DNA from: Saccostrea cucullata
Taxonomy: Eukaryota
Assembly (NCBI RefSeq): GCF_032062105.1
Contig: NW_026935853.1
Location: 124,001 to 188,000 of the forward strand
Reading direction: 5' to 3'
Length of the DNA stretch: 64,000 bases
Position numbers and translations under genes: made by a program. Below the pieces are notes generated by a model. That model did no database searches. It was not told where the DNA came from and saw only the letters and a list, made by a program, of their open reading frames with translations. Shown piece after piece: positions 50,984-64,000 of this stretch. The number at the start of each line of letters is the position of its first letter. The first letter of the stretch is position 1.

Positions 50984-51570
50984 GATTTCATAGAACTTGT
51001 GACTTCTTTCAACTCCTTCTCAGACAATCTATATGTCCATTGCACATTTATCTAATTATCCAGAGTAAGATAGATAAGACATGAATTTGACTTTCTTAAT
51101 GATTACTTAATAACGAAACGTAAACTTACTTGTAGCTATAAAAATCGGTTTGTAAAAAAAATTACACTTAACATGTACATGTACTTAGTATTTAAAATTG
51201 CATTTTAAAACTAAGAAATATTTGAAAGAATCAAGAGTAGGAAATGATATTTCTGTATTGAAGTGTTATTTTTTTCATATTGCGTCCACAGAGAAAATAT
51301 TACAGAAATGATTACCTGGACATTTCGAATCTCAAAATCAACCATATAAATTAGACATACAGTTCTTTTGTTTTCTCACATTCCATTATTTAAGGTTGCA
51401 ATACAGTAGGCCAAATATAATTTTGCATTATTCCAAGAAAGAAAATTATTTTTAAGATACTCTCCACTACTAGTTGCACACAAATTTTTTAGAGAAGCAT
51501 TTATCCAAACATGCAGAAAAGGCGCTTTTAAAAGCGATACTTAAAAATGAGTACCTCCATTTAGCCTTAA

Positions 51571-51910
51571 AGCAATATGAGCTGCAAGTTTGGCATGGAA
51601 AAAAATTGTTGCAAAGTAACTAACTATTTCAATGATAGAAAAATAGAACATTTATAAACATATGTTGTTCGTATTTGCGATGGAAGAACTTATGATAAGC
51701 TTTTCTTGAAGCAAAATTACATTATTGTCGTCCTGTACAACATTGATTTCTTATATAGTGCTATACATTCGACTGTACAGAAATACTCAGAACTTCTGAA
51801 ACAATAAATTTAAATTTTCCTTTGGTCTATTTGATCATAAGAGTTTAAATTACACACAAATTAATCATAATAACACAAATAAATTTCTGAAAAATGCAGC
51901 TCATATTGCT
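51571..51910. mobile_element. Kolobok-like MITE
   Basis: 16-bp perfect TIR agcaatatgagctgca with TTAA on both flanks and purine-purine termini. Confidence 0.85.
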
Positions 51911-54900
51911 TTAAACAATTATGCCTAAATGATTTTGAGAAATATGCTGAAAAATATAATAACAATTTTCTAGATAACAGTGAAGAATCCGCATTAATTA
52001 ATAACTCAAAGGTACTAAAAATAAACGAAATATTGATAGGTAATTGTATTTGTACTTACTAGCCTGCATTCATGCAATATTTTTGAAAAAGATTAAGGCA
52101 GTTATAGTAAACAGAAATATAACCCGTGCCATTTAGTGGGTTTACACATGAAACCATATTGCATATTTATTTTCGGTGTATTAATTTATCGACTAGTGGA
52201 ATATATGCTTGTCATTTTTGTAAAATAGTGTCAACAAACCGCACAGTATGCAAACATAGTGCACGTATTTACCAATTAGAAATGAGTAGATGGGTTTTAT
52301 TCCATAAAGAATTGAGGGAAATCGTTTCGTTTGTATTTGGGAAAACGCACTTCATGCAGAATATTTAGTGATGTAATTGAAGGGAATGTTAGATCGCCTC
52401 AACTCTAATTAATATATGTACATGGATGACTAATGTAATGAGAAATACTAATACATCATCATTGACTGTAATTGTGACAATTAATAATTTACAAATTATG
52501 GATTAACTTCTTTTATTGAAATGACGTAGGTTTTGTAGATTAGAGAAAATTGCATGTTTTTGCGTGTTAATTTAAATGGAATAAAATCATCAATATCTTT
52601 TTTTATTTATCAAAAGGTAAAAATATACTTAATTTTTCTGCGTAAAGGTATTATAAGAATTGCATAAGTGGGTTTCAATTTTATTAATAAAAACTTAACT
52701 TTTAGTCGTTTTTTTTTGGTACTTTTTTTTTACCCATTACAAATATACCCTCTTTTGTATAATGCAAAAATTAAATAATTTGAATTCAAATGTCTTGTCT
52801 TTGTGCCTTTGTTAAAACTGTATTAAAGAGGCTTTTGTTTTTTAGTTTTTATTCATAATTTTTACAGTAAATTTGAAACAGAGAAAAATTAAATACATGT
52901 ATTTATATATTTAATCTCTTTTGTAAAAAGTACGAAACGATATGAAAAAGCCCTTGGACTTGCTCTATCATTTTTAACATTCGAGGTATTATCAAAAAAC
53001 CTATCAAATTTAGACCGCTTAATATGGCTTCATTCACAGTGGGTTTTTTCATACCTCTTTACAGCATCACATTAATATGTAGATTTTAGATAATGGTGCA
53101 TTGTGTTTTTAAAATATTTTTTCAAATAAATACTTGGAGATTTTAGTTAAATGTCCCTTTTTCAAGTTTTTTTTTCTAAGATAAGAAATAAGAAATCTAT
53201 ACGAAGCGTGCAATAATTAGACAATTTAAGAAAATGACAACATAACATTTTTTTATTTAAAAAAAAGGGTTTTTTATACCCAAACAAACAACTAATGTGT
53301 TTTTACGTGAATATATCTATGATTATTATAGATATTATGCAATTTAAATTTCGCCCCAATTAAAAAAAATATATTTTTATTTTATCCATAGTCAAAGGGA
53401 TTGTCTTGTTTGTGTAGTACGTTACAAACATGTCAAAAAAGTGAAATATGCTTGTATTCACATTTTTTGCCACATTTTTTCAATATCAGATAAATTTTTT
53501 CTGTACAAAGAACAAAGAGATATAAATCTTGTTATTGAATTTATTATCCGTGTCAAAAACATAGCTATGATCAGCAAAAGAACCTTCAAAAGACTTGCAG
53601 CGGCCTTTAATAGGACATTTAGATATTATACCGCATTTCCAACATTACCAATGTACAATATTTGCTTTCTTATATCGATTCGGTATATCTAGTGAACTTG
53701 AGATAAAAGACAACACAAAGTCTCATTATTCTGTCACATCTGTTTCATATTTGGATGACTATAGACGACAGGAGTTATTTAATAATCAACTTAATTGATT
53801 GACAAACGAGATGATTTCAATTATTCCATCTTGAACTTTCCTTATTCATATATTAGTAGTAATATACTAGTATCACGCTATAACCTGCATATGGTGCAAC
53901 TTATTCGATACTCTAGATCGAGAATACTCCAAGTACAATGAGATTATATCATGATGTTTTTTAAAGGATTATTATAGGGGGGTATCTACTGATTGAATTT
54001 TAATGATTTTTCAAAGAATAATATGAACACTGAAATACTCAATAAAGGAAGCATTCTTTATCATGCGCTGATGGTATTTTTTTTTTAATGTTAGCATATT
54101 TTTTTAACAAAGATCACATTCTTTCGAATATTACTTTAAGCCAGAATATGTTTAGACAACATCACTCAATGTCACTGGAGGAAACTTAAAAAATAAACTT
54201 TCCCGTACAATTATTTTGTGTTACCTTGAGAATGTGTCATTCATTCATGGCTACTGGGGGGAAGAAATTCATGATATACGTGACGGACCTGAAATTTGAT
54301 AAATATAGTGAGGTCTTAAATTACAGAACAGGGGGTCTATCTTTGTATTAATGAATATTCGTATCTGATACTTTTTTTAAATTGCCCAAAATTTAAGGGT
54401 GGATCCAGGTTTTGGAGTTAAGGGCCCAAGTCAGTAAGCAGGGCTCCTTTTGAAGCATCCAGGGACTCCCAGTGGGTCTGGAACAAGAACCCGGCAAGGA
54501 TTCTGGGAGTAAATCCCTGGAATCTCATGGATTCTAAAGAATTCGTAGTTCAAAAATGAGGCTTTGTAAGTAGATAATTTCACTATTTTAACTTCATTTG
54601 TTTCTTTAGGAATGATTAGTATTAAAATATAAATATATCTTATCAAAGCAAAGCCTAAGCATGCCCCTAAAGCACCTGACTTGGAAGAATATCAAAACCT
54701 TTTGTCCGATTAGCTATTTCTTTACAAAGATTAGGCTATCATTTATCTTATATTTGACAGTTCGCCATTGGCGCTCCCCTCTTTTAAATTTGCCATCGAT
54801 ATAAATTTATTTTTCAGAGATATTATTCCTTATATCGATTTAAAAAGTTTTGCCATTGGACGCAAAAAACGAAATTAAGTTTTTGGCACTAATTTTCTGA

Positions 54901-56899
54901 GAAAAGAACTTAATTTTATGAAAAGGATGATTTTTTTGAAATATTTATACACCTGATTTATTATGCGATAACAATGATATTCATGAATTTTGAACACTAC
55001 CCCATGTCTTGACAAATAAAATAATGAATATGTGATAACCTGTTTCACGTTGATACTATACACTGGGCGGAATGATAATTGGTGTCCAATAACATCTAAG
55101 TTTGCTATCTGTTTTTTACCTGAGCAGTCTGATATGTATATAATAGAGCGTGATTTATGAATGAAGCGTGTGGGAGTGTTTGTTTTGTGACGTAGCAAAG
55201 AGGAATTAGACTTGACAGACTGTAAATTCCTACGTTAGATACGGATTGCATAATATGTCAACAGTTCTTTCTCATTTGCCGGAAGTCTTAGGGAGGATGA
55301 ACAGTGTTCAGGTATGTATAAATGTACACCGTGCTTCGATAGCATTCTATTATATTATTTCCTACTTGTAATCAACTTTTTGAGGAGAAATTTTAAAGTA
55401 TAAATTTTCCCTCTCAGTTTTTATTTGATTTGAATCAAACATGTATTAAGGTGTGTATGTTCACAAGATTATACCCGTACTGCCTACAAAATGCACAACT
55501 TTTGTTTTATATAAGTATGTACAATATGCCATACGAATTAACTTAGTCCAAAATGTAAACTGTATATGATTATATGAAACAACACCTCATCTTTCAGTAA
55601 TTCGATGAAAAAGGTATAACTAATTATAAAGTTGTGGTCACCCTTGTGAATCCAATACGAAGCGGAAAAGTATCTTAGAGGAGTAGGTACACCCATGTAA
55701 ACTGACCATTTCTGCAGATAGCCCTTTACATTAATCATGTTTACACGGACTAATTCGTGATTAACATGATTAAAATTACTATAAAACCAAGGGCCTAACA
55801 ATGTATGAGTAATATACAAAAAATCAATGGCTTAACGTGTTGATGAGTAATATATATATAAAACAAAAAGAAACTAGGTAAATTCATAATTTAATTTTAC
55901 GAAACCAACCCATAAAATGTCATTAATAAAACAAACCGGAATTTTTGCGACTTCTAATAAGTCCAGCCCTTTTGAATTTCTCATTTCCATATGTTTGCAG
56001 CTTTATTCGTTTTCAAACGGTGGCTTTTCAAGTCTATATAGTTTACGTGTATGGGAATCCTTACATGTAATTGCAAACTATCCTACGAATGACCATCGAT
56101 CCATTTTCCTGTCAACTGGGGTTAAGTTGTCCAGTACTTTACGTTGACCTCTTATAAAGTAAATAAACCTGATCAAAACAAACAAGAATTCAAATAAATA
56201 AGAACATCTTAGTTATTATTCCAGAGATAGGAGACATTTTTTAACAGATATCCTAACATTACTAAGCAATTTTATTTTAAAAAAAAAAAAGCATTTGGAT
56301 AACACTCTGCTTGAAAGGAAAAACAGGAAAACGTAGAAAATATATATGAATTATTACTAACAATTTGACATTGCCAAAGAACCTCAACAACAAGTGACAG
56401 GTATGGTTTTGTGGTGATATCAGTTTTCAGAGGTGGATAAACATTATGCCCTGTGGAGAGAATTTTGTAATTGTTGAAGTGTAACTTACTATAAACTTTG
56501 GCATGAAATATTTTTACGTGCTCTCTATGAAACGCTTCTCTTGGTAAATGATATCAGACTTCTCAGTATAAACGTGTTATTTCTTTTTCGTTTTTAAGGT
56601 ATCTGAAACTAATAAGAAAAATGTGAAAAATAATCATAGTTGCATAACTTTCGTATGGAAAGAGTTTTATTATTTCCTTTTGTGGCACATTCAGCATTTT
56701 TAACGCAGAAAACTGTTTGATATTACAGGCCATTAAATAGCAAAATATCTTCAGATATTGGACGATTAATGTCAAAGAAATATTACAATGGCTTACGATT
56801 AAATTGCCAACACAAGGCGTTGCACTAAAAAATATATACACCTAGAAAGCGTTCATAAACTTTCTAGCTTTCTAAAAATTGGTAATTTTTTAATTCAAA

Positions 56900-57480
56900 G
56901 GGTATTTTCATTCTTATTATGTCGATATGATATATCCCTGTGAGCTTGATATAAAAGATAAAACAGAGTCCAACACATCTGTTTATATACTAGTATTTTA
57001 CTTGAAAGACTTTTATGGAAATCTAAAATCCAAGTTTTATAATTTTATTTAATTCAAAAGTAAACGTCCCTTATTTATGACACAATATTCCATACTTTCA
57101 TCACATGCATACGGAGTTTATATCTCTCAGTTGACTCGATACACAAGAGCATGCTCTACGTATGCACAATTTATAGGACAAGTTCATGAAACTCGAATAT
57201 CAGAAGTCTCGTTTAAAATCATCACCTTGCAATTGTCAATGAATGGAATTTATCATTAAGTCAAATGCTGACTGACGCTTTTCGTACTAAATGTTAAAAT
57301 ATTGTCAATGGATATTTACGCTATTTATCAATCATTACAATGAGCACACGGCGGGTGTGACCGGTCAGCAGGGGTTGCTCACTCCTCCATGGCACCTGAT
57401 CTCACCTCTGATATCTTCGAGGTGAGGTTCGAGATTGCTCTGCTCAAATATGTATTGTTTAAAGGACTTTTGGGCTTCAT
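56900..57480 (+). mobile_element. Penelope-like 3' fragment
   Basis: AYGVYISQLTRYTRACS motif plus the conserved tail at ~57347-57410. Confidence 0.8.
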
Positions 57481-57518
57481 CACTGTTCATATCGATATAT
57501 TTCATATTATAATAGTTT

Positions 57519-57750
57519 ACCGTCACGGTAGCTCAACTGGTAGAACACTCGCTCTGTGTTTGGAGGTCATGCTTTCGAATCTCCGCCGTGACGGACCAAA
57601 GTCGATAAAAATGGGCCGTTTACCGGTAGCTTTTTGGACGACAGAAATTTGGCTGCTTAAATGCCCCGAGTGCCGAATATAGGTATAAATTTTAACTCTG
57701 AGTGTAGTATATGCTGACTTAATGAGGGAATGGGACGTAAAATTGAATTG
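57519..57750 (+). mobile_element. tRNA-derived SINE, degenerate
   Basis: A-box-like tagctcaactggtaga and B-box-like ttcgaatctc enclosed by ccgtcacgg/ccgtgacgg; non-tRNA body follows. Confidence 0.65.
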
Positions 57751-58662
57751 AGGCCTTTCAGACTGTCTGCCTTGCTGCATTCTTTTTGTAACATATTGCT
57801 GTCAATTTAAAGCAAAAGGGCAGTCTTTACCTCCAAACAATTTCCGAATTAGCAAACCGTCTTGTATCTTTTACAAGGGCTTTTTTATGGACATACGTTC
57901 AAGCAAATCCCATATATGGATTACCAATTTGGTAATGCATATTATTCAACATGTACACAGTTTGTAATTGAATTATGAGTAATCAGGAAATCTCTTGAAT
58001 AGGATGTATGACAGCTGTACAAATCGCCCACAAAGTATCAATTTATCAATAAAAGCATCACTACTTCATGTTTTACATCTGCCGGTTAAATTATTGTGGT
58101 AGAAATCAATGTAAACAGTTTGTACATAACCGACAAATGTAAGGAGATACCATTGAAATCAAAAGTTGATAAATCAGAACCATCATTTTCTGATAATTGT
58201 GCGAAAAAACTTATTAACAACTGAATCCACTTTGGTTGTATCAAATGATTGACAGCTTTTTTCTCAGTGACGTTTGCAATATTTGTTTTTCATTAATTTT
58301 GCAGATAACGCCATTATTTGGTTAAATAACCAAAACAATCATTTTTGTCACAATCATAGTGTTATAAACCGCGTAAAAGCCCACTCATACTTTAACACTA
58401 AACATGAATTTGGCAAGGTTTGTCTCTTTTGCCAGGGCAATGTTTTGCATGATAAAAAGAAGCTCTCTTGGCACGGTATGTTTGGTTGATAAACGTGTGC
58501 AACTTTTGTTATAGATTTAAGTGAGCTTTCTGGCATGATGGGTTTTTGACTCTTACAAGGTAGGGTTTACACCATGCAGGTGTGTAGCATTTGCCACTGG
58601 AAGGATTTCATTGGTTAACCGTTATGTCAGGGTTTGCATGACATTTCTTGTTTGCATCACAA

Positions 58663-59092
58663 TTTATTATACCCCCCGCTTGAAAAGTGGGAGGGTATAT
58701 AGTAATTGGTATTTCCGTCCGTCTGTACGTCCGTCCGTCCGTCCGTCTGTTACGCTTGTGGGTACCCATCTCTTATCCGCAACTTCTCTTATACCACTGA
58801 GTGAAATTTAATGAAACTTTACAGAATCTTTATTACATATTGCCATTGTGCACCTCCTATTTTACTTTTTTATTCGACACGTATTTTAGGTTTCCCAAGG
58901 CAAAACATGGATATTGCCATTATATTCTATATTTATATCCCATGACATCACATATAGAAGCTTCTGGATATTAACATTTGATAGGACGAGTTTTTCGTCT
59001 TTACACATTACCGTAAAACAATAGCAAAACATGGACATTATGGGAGGCGGGGGTATCATTTAGTGAGCTCTTTGCTCACAGTACCTCTAGTT
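58663..59092 (+). mobile_element. Short HINE/Helentron
   Basis: Same termini, (GTCC)n tract and hairpin as 28034-28377. Confidence 0.82.
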
Positions 59093-59639
59093 TGTCGTTC
59101 ATGTCACAAGAGTTTTTTTTTTTAATAAAAAAATGTTTCGCTTCTGTCACAGCAGTGTTTGAATGCTAAAATCTGCTCCTCTTTTTCATCACTCTCATAA
59201 TTATGTGGATGTCTTACTAGAGGAATTTATTCGACAGAATAGTGTAGAGTATCTGAACTTGTATTATGTTCATTTGCACAAAGTTACTGTGCTAAAACAC
59301 AGGCTAACGAATGCATTTATATGCAAATACAACCAACGTTAGCCATTATCAACTATTATTAATTCAACCTCATTTTCTAAGTAATTACTTTTTAAAGCAT
59401 ATTTTTTCACATTCTTTAAAGGATGAATACGCAATACCAAAGATATTCATGGTAAGTATACATTGTTTAATATTAAGAAATATTAAATACCCTTTGTTAT
59501 TTAAATCTGAGAATGTGTTTTGTATGAAATATGGTGAGTACGAACAGCAATCAAGATGAAACGTCCACGGAAAAAAAATGCGAAATGACAGCATAGCAAA
59601 CATAACACAGACATTCAATGAAATATATAGAGATAATGA

Positions 59640-60660
59640 ACATTATTAAAGCTAAAAAGTCCGATAAACAATACAAAATAGGAGCAGAGCAAACACAGAC
59701 CTCCAAAACATTAGAGGTGGGATCAGGTGCCATGGAGGAGTGAGCATCCTCTGCCGATTGGTCACACCCACCGTTTGCTCCTCGTCATGATCTGGAAATA
59801 ACGCGAAAATCCGTCGTCAATTCAGTGAGTACATAATGGACTAACAATTAGTATGAAAAATGTCAGTCAGCATTTGACTAAATGATAAATTTTATTTGCT
59901 GACAAGGTCATTGTATCTACTATAGAACTTACGAAATGGTGACTTTAAACGAGACTGTGGATATCCTTGTTTCACCAACTTGTTTGACAATAATTTACCT
60001 TGTTTGAGAAATTGTTCATACCTAGAGAATGCTCTTGCGTATTGAATCACCTGAGATATATAAACTCCACATCCAGGTGATTGCTGCATAAGAAAGGGAA
60101 GTTGACGATAGAAAATTTCAGATGTGGGGTCAGGTGCCGTTGAGGAGTAAACATACCCTGTTAACCGTCAAAACTGCTGTGTGCTCCTTGTTATGATCAA
60201 ACAAGACAGATCATTTTACGAATAATGGTCCAACGATTAATAAAAATAAACCTATGCTAGGCTTTGATTCTTGACAATGTCATTGCATCAACCTCAGAAC
60301 GTGCAAAATGATGACTTAGAACGAGACTGTCGATATTCTTGTTTTAACAATCTGTTTGTCAATATCATGCCTTTTTTTTTAGAAATTGTTGGTAACAATC
60401 TGTTTGTCAATATCATGCCTTTTTTTAGAAATTGTTGGTAGGTAGTACATACTCTTGAGGTATAAATCCACTAGGAGACATAACCCCCATATTCAGGTGA
60501 TAAGGATATATTGCATGTACTGCCTATATAAGGGAAGTAGACGATGGAAAAATCCTTATGTTTATCATAAAGCTTATGCTATACATGTACATGTAATACC
60601 GTTTACGTCTTTTTTTCAGTAAAATAAAAAAAATCCCAATATGTAACAGATGTATAAAAC
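59640..60660 (-). mobile_element. Two tandem Penelope-like 3' fragments
   Basis: GVYISQVIQYARA...KFYSRYNDLVSK (59892-60089); tails at ~59698-59775 and ~60121-60190. Confidence 0.8.
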
Positions 60661-61769
60661 CCTGTGTTAACTTATTGATTATTTTTCTCATTTTTTATAT
60701 CGTTTTGACTAAATTTAAAGAAAAACACAATAAAAAGCTTAAGCTTTAAATATATATGTTTGGCACAATTTGTTTTAGCATCAAAAAATCTTAGGAAATT
60801 TCTTGAATCGTTACAATAACGATTCTCCGTGTTATCTATCCTTAATCTGTTCTTTTTACGATTGGGTTAGATATTGAGTAGACGAATTTGGAGAATCTCG
60901 TGCCATGCTTTTATACGTCATACTGTAGGCCGCTCAATAAATATCCATGATATGGAATGCTAAAATCCTCAAGATCTTTTTTATATTGATTTTTTATGTA
61001 ATGTTAACAGGAAGTTCTTTAAACTCGTAGAAGATCAAAAGAAATTAGAATTAAAATTTATATTTTCACACATCTTTCGTACAAGATCAGAATAATTATA
61101 ACTTTTATGAAACTAATAAATAATAATTTACATCAAAACATAACTGTACAGAAATGAGAGTGTGACCATTACTACGTACTTATATCATCTGTTTATGGAC
61201 TTTATTGACATCCCTTGTAAGTGTACTTGTAAGATTGTTTCTTTATTTGTGTATTCAGTAAGTGTGATTGTAAGATTGCTTCTTTATTTGTAGGATATTG
61301 AACATAACTAAAGCAGATACAGAAGTTAACTGCTTGCAACAGCTATAAAGATACATATTCGCTTCCGTGGTCAATGGTTTATTTACCCTTGATCCCCCTC
61401 CTAAAGGTTATGGGCCGTAAGTCTTCTTTATTTTAGGATTCAATATCCCTTTCGCTGAATTTGCATAAATGCGTTGCACGAATCAGTTGTGGTTGTTTTA
61501 ACAAATCAGTTAGAGAAAATATCGACCCTTTCACCGAACCGCACTTATATACGAGTATTTCATTCTTTTGGGATGCATCCCGTAAAAGGATAAATCCTCT
61601 GACGCAATTTTTGCCAATCCCTCCAACAATTTTTAAAAGCGTTCACTTTTTTATCACATGTCCCTTGCCTTACAAATACACTAGGCCTAGAAAAGGGTGT
61701 TAATGATGACTTCACAACAAACCTGTATAATAAAATTTATGGAGATTACGAACAGTTTTCAAGCTTAAA

Positions 61770-62270
61770 AGTCCATTAAACAATACAAAATAGGAGTAGA
61801 GCACACGGGCCTTCAAAACATAAGATGTGGGATCAGGTGCCATGATAAACACGATGACCAACATTCCTGCCTTATACAATGACCAATTTCCCTGCCTTAA
61901 TCAGCAACATACCCTTTATTACTCTAATGGTGTTTATGTCTCTCAGTTACTTAGACTAAATACCATGCTCTATATAAGATCAATTTCTAAAACCAGGCAA
62001 GCTATTGTAAAACACGTTGAAGAGATTTGATAATCATTCAGCCAAATTTAATTGCTGACTGACATTTTTAATACTGATTGTTAGGCCATTATAAACACAC
62101 TGAATTGTCGACGGATTTTTCTGTTATTTCCTGATCATGCCAAGAAGCACACGGTGAGTGTGACCGGTCAGCAGGAGATGCTCACTCCTTCATGGCATCT
62201 GATACCTCTGATGTTTGGAGGTCCGTGTTTGCTCTGCTCCAATTTTGCATCATTTAGTGGACTTATGAGA
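61770..62270 (+). mobile_element. Penelope-like fragment preceded by an inverted copy of its 3' tail
   Basis: Minus-strand tail at 61770-61845, then plus-strand GVYVSQL RT tail and 3' motif at ~62150-62210. Confidence 0.75.
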
Positions 62271-64000
62271 ATGTAAACTGTCTCCATAAATTTCACTAGC
62301 TGTTCTCAGTTTTTATTCTGGCCCGCACAGAGACACTCCCCATATTGTAGGGCTTTGAATTGTTTCCCCATGAGAGAACCATATGTAAATATTCATTCTT
62401 ATTTGAAAGAGAAAATACATTGTTTTGTTAATGCTATCGTATCCTCATGGATTGTTTATTTAAGATTAAATAACCTTATCAGGTAGTTTGCAGTTTATGA
62501 TATTAAACAAGATCTGTTGTATTAGCAGGCATCTATTTTCTCCCTGGTCCCTATTCCTCGGTCGTCTTTACGTAAAACCTCATCAATATACACATTTTGT
62601 ACTGAATCTATGTGCAAAACTCTTCTTAGATTCAATCTCTGCGTAAAACTGTAATTCATGTTTAAGAGTGTTCTAGATACCGATAGGAGGTTCTAGTAAT
62701 TACAATATAGCCAGGATATATAATAACATTTATCATGGGGGAAAAGATTTCTGTCCATCTAATCAAGAATGGAAAAGGATCATTCTCAATCGCTATAACT
62801 GTAGCTAAGATTTTTATTAGGTTTTCTTAAATATAAACATATCTGAGAAAAATCGACATTTAAGGGTGAAAAGTTTAGTCTAGGAATGCTAAGTACATGT
62901 ACATGCAAAACATTCTAATCAAGAAAAAAAGACTACTTTTTAAAATTTCATTCATATTTCTGAATTCTCATCACGTTGATTAACCCTGTTGGTAGGGCAC
63001 GATAAATGGGTAGAAAATTTTAATAAACGTTTATTATATCAATGTTTACAGAATACATGTGTAATTTAAAATCAAGAGTTTCTCTTGAATATTTAAAACA
63101 CTGAAAAAATACTTTTCGAATATTTTTTTATTTTGATCAAATAATTATGACAGTTATTTGCGTGGGTTCTCTACTTTTGTCGATTATTTTACAACCAAAG
63201 GGTTAGAAATTAACTACTAAGTAACTGCATTAGAGAATATGGTCCATTTCTTGATAATTGGAGGGTCATCGCGTAGTAAATGATTGACACAAGAGTCATC
63301 TATTATTTTGATCATTATGAGGAGCCGATGTTAGACTCTCTTCTCTCCTCGTGACTTCATTCATAATATATGACAAAGGTCTTCATCTGAGGAAGTTCTG
63401 GGTGTGTTTTATCTGGAGTTTGCTCTCTTTTTTCTCTCAGTCTTTCAAAAATCAACTGTTAAATATTTGAGCAGCGGTAAATTGGATCGATCTTACAAAG
63501 AATACTCCATAGTGTGGAGCCTAATACCTTTTATTTCTTTTCACTGAGGAGAGAATTGATGAATGGCAGGATTTTTTTTTTCGTTACAGTCAGAGTAAGT
63601 TTTGTTAATCATTTAGAAATATCTACACTTCAAATGTAACATATCGATACACTACCACTTATATGGTTTTACGTCATAATATTTTTTTTCAAAGATTACT
63701 CCGTTTACAAAATGATCCCCATTAATAAATACATGTATATAATACGGATGCTGACTAAAGTCACTTTACTGCTTGATTTATTTATATATACGTCCTCCAT
63801 GGTTATAGTATTTGCAAGATGAGCGAGATAGTCCTAATTTTTTTAGGCTAACACAAATCGTAAAATGAATTTCATTTTTTAAAAGAAATTCATGAATTTA
63901 ATTTAGGATAACGTATATGTAATACACATAATTATATAAATCTGTTTAATGCTATAACGCAATAATTATAACTGTACATTTAATAAATTGATGTTTATCA

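Noticed and set aside
57519-57600. tRNA gene
   Set aside because: The arms are degenerate and it continues into a SINE-like body; the similar B-box at ~43354 was treated the same way.
60345-60440. Short tandem duplication of ~48 bp (also a 31-bp one at 10511-10568)
   Set aside because: Ordinary local slippage in non-coding or decayed TE sequence.
55250-63600. Scattered plus-strand splice-like sites (~55311, ~56400, ~61293, ~63440-63594) suggesting another gene
   Set aside because: No consistent reading frame or recognisable protein; transcript data would be needed.

Overview
AT-rich, intron-containing animal DNA, most likely bivalve and oyster-like (inferred from the C1qDC tandem cluster and a ~166-bp satellite carried by a Helentron). 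All intact host genes are on the minus strand: two tandem secreted C1q-domain genes, a 4-exon GM2-activator-like (ML domain) gene that the ORF track misses, and a 2-exon type-B carboxylesterase. There are also two C1q pseudogene relics. The rest is dense, often nested transposon DNA: non-autonomous Helentrons with internal tandem arrays, several TIR elements with readable target-site duplications, long-hairpin elements, many Penelope-like 3' fragments and tRNA-derived SINEs. The standout is a very young 4.2-kb Ngaro/DIRS-type retrotransposon (15211-19429). It keeps near-identical split direct repeats and open gag and RT-RNaseH ORFs, and has a TTATCT core at both ends and at the internal junction, yet it encodes no tyrosine recombinase. 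Family assignments come from motif recognition by eye; no database searches were run.
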